NCBI GenBank assembly: GCA_963666565.1 | Contig: OY762911.1 | Location: 2,592,001-2,656,000 of the forward strand | Source: Thermoanaerobaculia bacterium | GTDB lineage: Bacteria > Acidobacteriota > Thermoanaerobaculia > Multivoradales > Multivoraceae | Direction of reading: 5' to 3' | DNA length: 64,000 bases | In this document: positions 57,453 to 64,000 of the stretch, in pieces | How the letters are laid out: the number at the start of each line of letters is the position of its first letter | Position numbering within the stretch: the first letter of the stretch is position 1 | Made by a program: the position numbers and the translations under genes | Notes under the pieces: generated by a model | Databases searched by the model: none | The model's input: the letters and a program-made list of their open reading frames with translations, nothing else | Told to the model about the DNA's origin: nothing

Positions 57453-58615
57453 TTCGGTTCCCAGAGCGCGATGCCCCCGGCCTGCTTGCCGATGTCGACC
57501 TGGGCCACGCGCCGGAACGCGCCGTTGTCGTAGACCTCGACGACGCCCGGTTCGCCGCCGACGCCCTCGACGGTGACCAGGCTGAAGCGGCCGTCCGAGG
57601 TGACGGCGACGCCGTGGGGGATGCGGCGGGTGGTCGGAACCCGGGCGATTTCCCGGCCCTCCTCCAGGTCCCAGAAGCCGACCGAGTCGCCCTTCTTGTA
57701 GGTGACGACGAGCAGGCGCTCGTCGGGCGCCACGGCGGCGTTGTAGGGCCCGGGGGCCGGCGTCTCGAGGCGCCGGGCGACCTTCCAGGCGCCGGTATCC
57801 ACCTCGTGGATCGCGTTCCCCGAGAGTGCGGTGATGTAAACGAGGCCGCCGGAGGTCGGCGGCGTGACCCACGAGGGCTCGACGCCGGGTTGACCGTGAC
57901 CGGCGTGTCCGGCGGACGCATCCGCGTGGCCGCCGTGTCCTTCGTGGCCGTCGGCCCGGTGGGCGTTCCGGCCCAGCTTCAGGCGGCGGCCGACCTCGAA
58001 GCGGAGCGCGTCGACCTCGACGAGTTCGTCGTCCATCATGTTCACACTGTAGAGCTTCCGGCCGTCGCGGCTGAACCGCGCGCCGTGAGGCATCGTGCCG
58101 CTCTCGAACTGGGCGATCTCGGTCATCGTCGACGTCTCGACGACGGAGATCGTGCTCGGCACGTGGTCGCCGTAGAAGTCCGAGTTGACGACGAACAGCA
58201 GCCCGGTGGTGGCGGCCACGTCGAGGGTGGCGGGGAACATGCCGACCCGGACGTCGCCCAGCCACTCGTCGGTGCCGGTCTCGTACTTGTGGATCGAGCC
58301 GAACGGGTTGCCGTGGGCGATCGACACGTACCAGTAGCGGCCGCCGGGCGAGATGTTGATGCCGTGGGGGCCTTCCGTTTCGGCCGGGAAGCTGCCGACG
58401 GCGATCGTCTTCGTCACCTCGATGCCGGAGGGGCCGAAGCGGACGAGGGCGACCTCGTCCTCCGACTCGGCGCAGACGTAGGCGTAGTACTCGCGGGACG
58501 GCGGCGTGAGGTCCGACTCCGCCTGCAGGACGGCGGCGCCCGCGAAGACGGTGAAGGCGAGAAGCAGCGTTGAGAGCACAGCCGTCCGCGGCTGCCGGGA
58601 AGTCGACATGTGCAT
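57449..58615 (-). CDS. YncE/YVTN-type beta-propeller protein, secreted
   Basis: Repeated PHG..S.DG motifs; signal peptide. Confidence 0.82.
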   Translation of the reverse strand: MHMSTSRQPRTAVLSTLLLAFTVFAGAAVLQAESDLTPPSREYYAYVCAESEDEVALVRFGPSGIEVTKTIAVGSFPAETEGPHGINISPGGRYWYVSIAHGNPFGSIHKYETGTDEWLGDVRVGMFPATLDVAATTGLLFVVNSDFYGDHVPSTISVVETSTMTEIAQFESGTMPHGARFSRDGRKLYSVNMMDDELVEVDALRFEVGRRLKLGRNAHRADGHEGHGGHADASAGHAGHGQPGVEPSWVTPPTSGGLVYITALSGNAIHEVDTGAWKVARRLETPAPGPYNAAVAPDERLLVVTYKKGDSVGFWDLEEGREIARVPTTRRIPHGVAVTSDGRFSLVTVEGVGGEPGVVEVYDNGAFRRVAQVDIGKQAGGIALWEPN

Positions 58616-58642
58616 TCCTCTCGGTACGTCCCGGTCGGGGAT

Positions 58643-60763
58643 CTAGTGCGGCTCTCCGATGATCCGGTTCGGGTCTTCGGGATCCTTCAGCTTGACCGCC
58701 CACAGGCCCGAATGCCAGTCGGAGAAGAAGACGTGGCCCTTGTACGGCTGCGGACCCCAGACGAAGGGGGCGTTCGGCACCAGGGCGTCGGGATCGTAGG
58801 GAAGGAACATGCCGATCTCGCGGCCCTGGCGGTACAGGTCGCCGCGGAGTTCGCCCGAGACGTCGACGACGCGGAGACCGCCGTTGTAGTAGGCGACGTA
58901 CATGATGTCGTCTTCGATCCAGAGGTTGTGGGTGCCGGCTTCCGGTACCTGGTAGCGGGCGACCTCGCGGGGGTTCTCCCAGTCGTCCCACGCGATGACG
59001 TGGATCCAGCCGGCCGCGCGCGGCGGCGCCGCCCTCGGGTCGCGGCCGAGTTCGCCGTAGGGGAACGCCTCGTCGCCCGCGAAGACGTAGAACTTGCCGG
59101 TCGACTCGCTGCGGTAGGGATAGGCGGCGTGGTTCCAGCCGCTGGGGTAGGCGTAGCTGCCGAGCTGCACTGGATTGTTCGGCGCGCCGCCCATGCCGGC
59201 GCCGCCGACGTCGATGGCGACCACGCCGTCGTCCCAGTTCGAGGTGAAGGCGACGCCGTCGACCACCCAGACGTCGTGGATCGAGTGCCCGGGCGTGTCG
59301 AGTTCGAAGCGGCCGACGCGGTGGGGTTCGGTCGGATCCTCGATGCTGATCACGTCGAAGCGGCGGCCGTTCGACAGGGCGTAGACGTGCTCGTCGTGGA
59401 TGAACACGTTGTGGACCCCGCCCCGCAACTGGTCGTCGAACCGCGACAGGACGCGCACGCCGACCTGCGGCTCGGAGACGTCGAGCACGACGAACCCGTT
59501 CTTGCGGTTCGACGCGCCCTCGCGGCTGATCACCGCGATGCGGCCGTCCTCGGACACCTTGACGTCGTTCACCGTCCGCGCGTCGACCCGCACGGCGTCG
59601 ATCAGCACGATGCTCTCCGGGTTCGTCACGTCCCAGATGTAGGCGTGGCCTTCGGCGCCCCAGGTGCCCGTGATCGCGTAGTCGTTGCCGTCCGTGCCTT
59701 CCCAGACCCACAGGTCCGAGGTGCGGCGGTCGCTCACCTTGCCCTGGCCGACGAACTCGATCTCCTTGTTCACGCGGCGGGGCGTCACCCGCACCGGCAG
59801 GCTGTCGGAGTGGCTGCCGGCCAGCGCGGTGACGGTGTAGACGCCGGAGCGCTCGGCGACGAAGGCGCCGTCCTGCTCGATCTGGGCGGTGGCGCCGGGG
59901 GCAAGGATGCGGTTCGCCGCCTGACCGGCCACGAGGAAGCGGATGGGCAGGTCTTCGACCTCGGCGCCGGAGGCGTTCAGGCCGACCGCCTCGAACCGGA
60001 CGACGTCGCCGGTTCGCGCCTCGTCCGCGGACGCCGTCAGCTTCAGGCGTGCCGTCGGGTTCTCCACGACCCGGATCTCGACCTGCGAGGTCGCGTCCTC
60101 GGCGGTCGCGGTGAGGGTCGCCGTGCCGGGCGCCGCGAGATCCAGGCCGCCGAAGCCGTCGGGCGCCGCGACGGCGGCGTTCGAGCTCGACCAGGCGACT
60201 TCGACGTCGTCGCGGACGACGTCCGTGATGTCGACGACGCGGGACCGGAGGTCCAGGCGGGTGCCGGCGTAGAAGGCGCCGGGGAGATCCACGACCTCGA
60301 CGCTCTCGACCGGAGGGTTCGGGATGGTCACGTCGACCTCGACCCGCAGCAGGGCCTCGGCGCGCCGCGGTTCGTCCTCGGCCTCCTTCGGCACCAGCGC
60401 GATGACCGTGATCTCGCCGGGACCGTGGGCTTCGAGCTCGCCCGCCGGGTTGACACCGAGCCGGCGGCGGTTGCGGGAGAAGAAGACGACGTCGATTCCC
60501 TCGATCGTCTCGCCGTTCTGGTCGACGACCGTGGCGGTGAGGGTCGCCTTGTCGCCGACCTCCAGGGTCAGCTCGGCGGGGGAGACCTTGAGCTCGGCGC
60601 CGGGCGGGATCGGGGGTTTCTCCTCGTCTTCGGCGGCTTCCTCGCCCGCCTGCTCTTCCCCGGCGGCGGGTTCGGCGGGTTCCTGAGCGGCAAGCGGCGA
60701 AGCGATCAGGAAGAAGACGGCGGCGAGCGGCGCCAGGCTGAGAGGGGTGCAGGTGCTTTTCAT
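58643..60763 (-). CDS. Secreted Ig-like (Big_2) + LVIVD-repeat protein
   Basis: WSSSNAAVA Ig motif; VLDVSEP, GVHN, SIHDVW, GTHN, YYNGGLRVVDVS. Confidence 0.8.
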   Translation of the reverse strand: MKSTCTPLSLAPLAAVFFLIASPLAAQEPAEPAAGEEQAGEEAAEDEEKPPIPPGAELKVSPAELTLEVGDKATLTATVVDQNGETIEGIDVVFFSRNRRRLGVNPAGELEAHGPGEITVIALVPKEAEDEPRRAEALLRVEVDVTIPNPPVESVEVVDLPGAFYAGTRLDLRSRVVDITDVVRDDVEVAWSSSNAAVAAPDGFGGLDLAAPGTATLTATAEDATSQVEIRVVENPTARLKLTASADEARTGDVVRFEAVGLNASGAEVEDLPIRFLVAGQAANRILAPGATAQIEQDGAFVAERSGVYTVTALAGSHSDSLPVRVTPRRVNKEIEFVGQGKVSDRRTSDLWVWEGTDGNDYAITGTWGAEGHAYIWDVTNPESIVLIDAVRVDARTVNDVKVSEDGRIAVISREGASNRKNGFVVLDVSEPQVGVRVLSRFDDQLRGGVHNVFIHDEHVYALSNGRRFDVISIEDPTEPHRVGRFELDTPGHSIHDVWVVDGVAFTSNWDDGVVAIDVGGAGMGGAPNNPVQLGSYAYPSGWNHAAYPYRSESTGKFYVFAGDEAFPYGELGRDPRAAPPRAAGWIHVIAWDDWENPREVARYQVPEAGTHNLWIEDDIMYVAYYNGGLRVVDVSGELRGDLYRQGREIGMFLPYDPDALVPNAPFVWGPQPYKGHVFFSDWHSGLWAVKLKDPEDPNRIIGEPH

Positions 60764-60775
60764 GGTCGTTGGAGT

Positions 60776-62191
60776 CTACATGTGGATCGCCCGGCCGTGG
60801 ACGGCCAGCGCGGCTTCCTTGATCGCTTCGGCGAGGGTCGGATGGGCGTGACTGGTGCGGAAGAGGTCCTCCGCCGAGGCGCCGAAACCGATCGCCGCCA
60901 CGGCTTCCGCGATCAGGTCGCCGGCGTGGCTGCCGAGGATGTGGACGCCGAGCACCGCGTCCGTTTCGGCGTGCGCCAGCACCTTGACGAACCCCTCCAG
61001 GCTGCCGGCGGCGCGGGCGCGGCCGATCGCCCGGAAGGGGAACGTCCCCTTGCGATACGGCGTGCCGGCCTCCTTCAGTCGCTCCTCGGTTCTGCCGACG
61101 GAGGCGACCTCGGGCTCGGTGTAGACGATGCCGGGGATCTCGTCGTAGTCGATGTGGACGTAGCCGCCGGCGATGCCCTCGACGCAGGCCATCCCCTCCT
61201 CCTCGGCCTTGTGGGCGAGCTGCGGGCCGCCGATCACGTCGCCGATGGCGAAGACGCCGGGCGCCGATGTGGCGAAGCGTTCGTCGACCTGGATGAAGCC
61301 GCGCCCGTCCACCGCGACGCCGGCTTCCTCGAGCCCCAGGCCGTCGCTGATCGGCACGCGGCCGACGGCGACGAGAACCCGGTCGCACTCGATCGGGTCG
61401 GCGCCTTCGACCTCGACGCTGCAGGCCGCGCCCGCGCCGCCGTCCTCGACCGTGGCGCCGAGGACGCGGCAGCCGAGCCGGATGTCGAGGCCCTGCCGGC
61501 GGAAGATCTTCTCGGCGGCGGCGGCGATCTCCGCGTCGGCGCCGGGCAGGATGCGGTCCAGGTACTCCAGCACGACGACCCGCGAGCCGAGCCGGTTCCA
61601 GACCGCGCCGAGTTCGAGGCCGATGTAGCCGGCGCCGATGACGACCAGGCTTTCGGGCACGGCGTCGTAGGCGAGCGCTTCCGTGCTGGTCCCGATCCGG
61701 TCGCCGTCCAGCTCGATGCCGGGCAGGGTGGCGGGGCGGGAGCCCGTGGCCACGATCACGTTCCGGGCCTGGATCGTCCGCTCACTCTGGTCGCTGGCGA
61801 CGACCACGCTTCGCAGTTCCCCGTCGAGCTCGCCGAGCCGCGCCCGGCCCTGGATGTGCTCGATCCCGTTCTTCTTGAGCAGCGACGAGACGCCCCGCGT
61901 CAACGTCGTCACGACGCGATCCTTGCGCTTCATCATCGCCGCCAGGTCGAGACCGATCTCGCCCGCGACGCCGCCGTGGGCCGCGAGTTCGCTGCGCGCC
62001 GCGATCAGCCGCTGGGTCGACTCGAGGAGCGCCTTGCTCGGAATGCAGCCCACCCGCAGGCAGACGCCGCCGGCCGCCGCGTACTCGTCGACCACCGCCG
62101 TGCGAAAGCCGAGCTGCGCCGCCCGGATGGCCGCGACGTAGCCGCCGGGTCCGGCGCCGATGACGAGAAGATCGACCGGCGTGTCAGTCAT
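60776..62191 (-). CDS. lpdA: Dihydrolipoamide dehydrogenase
   Basis: GAGPGGY, GGVCLRVGCIPSK, GAGYIGLE, HAHPTLAE. Confidence 0.96.
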   Translation of the reverse strand: MTDTPVDLLVIGAGPGGYVAAIRAAQLGFRTAVVDEYAAAGGVCLRVGCIPSKALLESTQRLIAARSELAAHGGVAGEIGLDLAAMMKRKDRVVTTLTRGVSSLLKKNGIEHIQGRARLGELDGELRSVVVASDQSERTIQARNVIVATGSRPATLPGIELDGDRIGTSTEALAYDAVPESLVVIGAGYIGLELGAVWNRLGSRVVVLEYLDRILPGADAEIAAAAEKIFRRQGLDIRLGCRVLGATVEDGGAGAACSVEVEGADPIECDRVLVAVGRVPISDGLGLEEAGVAVDGRGFIQVDERFATSAPGVFAIGDVIGGPQLAHKAEEEGMACVEGIAGGYVHIDYDEIPGIVYTEPEVASVGRTEERLKEAGTPYRKGTFPFRAIGRARAAGSLEGFVKVLAHAETDAVLGVHILGSHAGDLIAEAVAAIGFGASAEDLFRTSHAHPTLAEAIKEAALAVHGRAIHM

Positions 62192-62197
62192 GCGACG

Positions 62198-63808
62198 TCA
62201 GACCTCGATCAGCATCCTGGCCGGGTCCCGGATCGCCTCCTTGATGCGGACCAGGAAACTCACCGCCTCGCGGCCGTCGACGATGCGGTGGTCGTAGGTC
62301 AGGGCGACGTACATCATCGGGCGGACGACGATCTCGCCGTCCACGACCATCGGCCGGTCCTGGATGGCGTGCAGGCCGAGGACGCCGCTCTGCGGCGGGT
62401 TGATGATCGGCGTGGAGAGCAGGGAGCCGAAGATGCCGCCGTTCGTGATCGTGAAGGTGCCGCCCTGGAGTTCGTCGATGCGGATGCGGCCCTTTCGGGC
62501 GCGGCCCGCGAAGTCGGCGATCGAGGACTCGATCTCGGCGAAGGACATGCGCTCGGCGCTTCGCAGCACGGGCACCATCAGCCCGCGGTCGGTGCTGACG
62601 GCGATGCCGACGTCGTAGTAGTTCCGGTAGACGATGTCTGTCCCCGAGATCTCGGCGTTGAGTCGCGGGAAGCGGCGGAGGGCGTCGACGGCCGCCTTGA
62701 CGAAGAAGGAGAGGAAGCCCAGGCGCACATCGTGGCGTTCGGCGAAGGCGTCCCGGTACTGCCGCCGGAAGTCGATGACGGCGGACATGTCGATCTCGTT
62801 GAAGGTCGTGAGCAGGGCCGCCTGCTGCTGGGACTCGACCAGGCGCTGGGCGATCCGGCGGCGGATCGGCGTCATCGGAACCCGTTCCTCGGCCCGCTCT
62901 CCGGCTGGCCGCGTGGCGGTCGCGGCCGCCGTTGCCGGCGCGGGCGCTGCTGCTGCCGCCGCGGGTGCGGGCGGCGCTGCCGCCGCGGGTGCGGGCGGCG
63001 CTGCCGCCGCGGGTGCGGGCGGCGCTGCCGCTGCGGGTGCGGGCGGCGTTGCCGCCGTCGCCGGTGCGGGTGGTGTCGCTGCCGCTGCCGGTGCGGGTGC
63101 ACTTGCCGGCGGTGGGGCGGGCGCCGGGACAGGCGGCGCCTCTTCGGGTTGCGCCTGCGCCGCCGCTTCGCGGGCGGCCAGCCAGGCGAGCACGTCGCTC
63201 TTGAGCAGCCGGCCGCCCTTGCCCGTGGCGGGAATCCGCGAGGCATCCAGGCCATGCTCGGCGATGAGACGCCGGGCGGCCGGCAGAATGGGCCGGTCTT
63301 CCGTGGCCGGAGCGGCGGGGGCAGGCCCGGCGGCGCTCGTCTGGCCCGTCGCAGGCGCGGTTGCCCCGGCTGCGACTGTCTGGCCCGCCAGCGGCGCGGC
63401 GTCGGCCGCGGCGGCCTGGGCTTGCGGGGCCGGCTCGACGGACGGCGCCGCTGCCCTTTCCGCCGACGGTTCGGCGCTGGCGAGCAGGTCGCCCTGGGCG
63501 CCTCCCGGCGCTGCCGCATCGGTCGCCGCCGCGGCGACGCTCGGTGCAGCGACCGCGCTCGCCGCAACGGCGCCTTCCTCGATTCTCGCGATCACGCCGC
63601 CGACTGGAACGGTTTCCCCCTCGGCGGCGACGATCTCCGAGACGACGCCGGCGACAGGCGAGGGCATCTCGACCGTCACCTTGTCCGTCTCGAGTTCCAC
63701 CAGGGGCTCGTCCCGGCCGACGTGCTCGCCGGGGTTCCTGATCCAGCGGACGATCAGGGCCTCGGTGATCGATTCGCCGATCTCGGGGATCGTGACTTCG
63801 TAGGTCAT
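62198..63808 (-). CDS. sucB: 2-oxoglutarate dehydrogenase E2 (succinyltransferase)
   Basis: Lipoyl ETDKV, E3-binding ATGKGGRLLKSDV, catalytic YDHRIVDGREAV. Confidence 0.95.
   Translation of the reverse strand: MTYEVTIPEIGESITEALIVRWIRNPGEHVGRDEPLVELETDKVTVEMPSPVAGVVSEIVAAEGETVPVGGVIARIEEGAVAASAVAAPSVAAAATDAAAPGGAQGDLLASAEPSAERAAAPSVEPAPQAQAAAADAAPLAGQTVAAGATAPATGQTSAAGPAPAAPATEDRPILPAARRLIAEHGLDASRIPATGKGGRLLKSDVLAWLAAREAAAQAQPEEAPPVPAPAPPPASAPAPAAAATPPAPATAATPPAPAAAAPPAPAAAAPPAPAAAAPPAPAAAAAAPAPATAAATATRPAGERAEERVPMTPIRRRIAQRLVESQQQAALLTTFNEIDMSAVIDFRRQYRDAFAERHDVRLGFLSFFVKAAVDALRRFPRLNAEISGTDIVYRNYYDVGIAVSTDRGLMVPVLRSAERMSFAEIESSIADFAGRARKGRIRIDELQGGTFTITNGGIFGSLLSTPIINPPQSGVLGLHAIQDRPMVVDGEIVVRPMMYVALTYDHRIVDGREAVSFLVRIKEAIRDPARMLIEV
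62952..63056. repeat. 24-bp tandem repeat (about 4 copies) in the sucB linker
   Basis: GCGGGTGCGGGCGGCGCTGCCGCC repeated; encodes AAAAPPAP. Confidence 0.85.
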
Positions 63809-63900
63809 GGTTGACGTTCTCGGTTGTTGCTACGGACCGGACGCGGGCGGAACGCCCTCGTTCCCCGGGGTGCCTGCGGTTGCCGTCGGGCGTGGGCCGC

Positions 63901-64000
63901 TCACTCTGCCGCCGCCGGGTCGGCGAACGCCGATTCGATCAGTTCCTGCTGTTCTTGCTTGTGGCTGCTGGGCGAGCCGGTGGCCGGGCTCGCCGACTGC
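63901..64000 (-). CDS. sucA: 2-oxoglutarate dehydrogenase E1, C-terminal fragment
   Basis: Manual translation QSASPATGSPSSHKQEQQELIESAF...stop at 63901; upstream of sucB. Confidence 0.85.
   Translation of the reverse strand, partial: QSASPATGSPSSHKQEQQELIESAFADPAAAE

Noticed and set aside
62952-63056. Possible CRISPR array
   Set aside because: In-frame tandem repeat with no spacers inside sucB; no cas genes
58610-63814. 1734-aa plus-strand ORF
   Set aside because: Antisense to the LVIVD gene, lpdA and sucB; no coherent domains

Overview
High-GC (~70% by eye) Gram-negative bacterial chromosome segment; the Oar-type TonB receptor, LVIVD/Big_2 protein and PQQ-like propeller loosely suggest Acidobacteriota (inference). 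The left 15 kb is a defence island. It holds a class 1 DISARM locus on the minus strand: drmD 11750-15088, drmMI 7683-11708, and the 5' end of drmA at 1-215, which the ORF track misses. Between drmMI and drmA lie an ABC-ATPase + DUF4276/TOPRIM-like pair, an orphan HTH gene, and an oppositely oriented, lower-GC, tightly packed 7-gene cassette: PPTase, acyl-carrier-like protein, XRE HTH, ImmA/IrrE metallopeptidase fused to a chagasin-like protease inhibitor, papain-like C1 protease, thymidylate-synthase-like protein, and MazG+MazG_C. This cassette is the best candidate for an undescribed system. The remaining ~49 kb is mostly housekeeping and metabolism: acyl-CoA dehydrogenases, peptidases, pdxA, nth, amidohydrolases, skp, hsp20, sirtuin, two MoxR/VWA modules, xylA/xylulokinase, Grx4/BolA, ROK kinase and lpdA-sucB-sucA. 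Dispersed REP/MITE-like palindromic elements sit in several intergenic gaps. No rRNA, tRNA or CRISPR array was seen. All family calls are motif recognition by eye, not database results.
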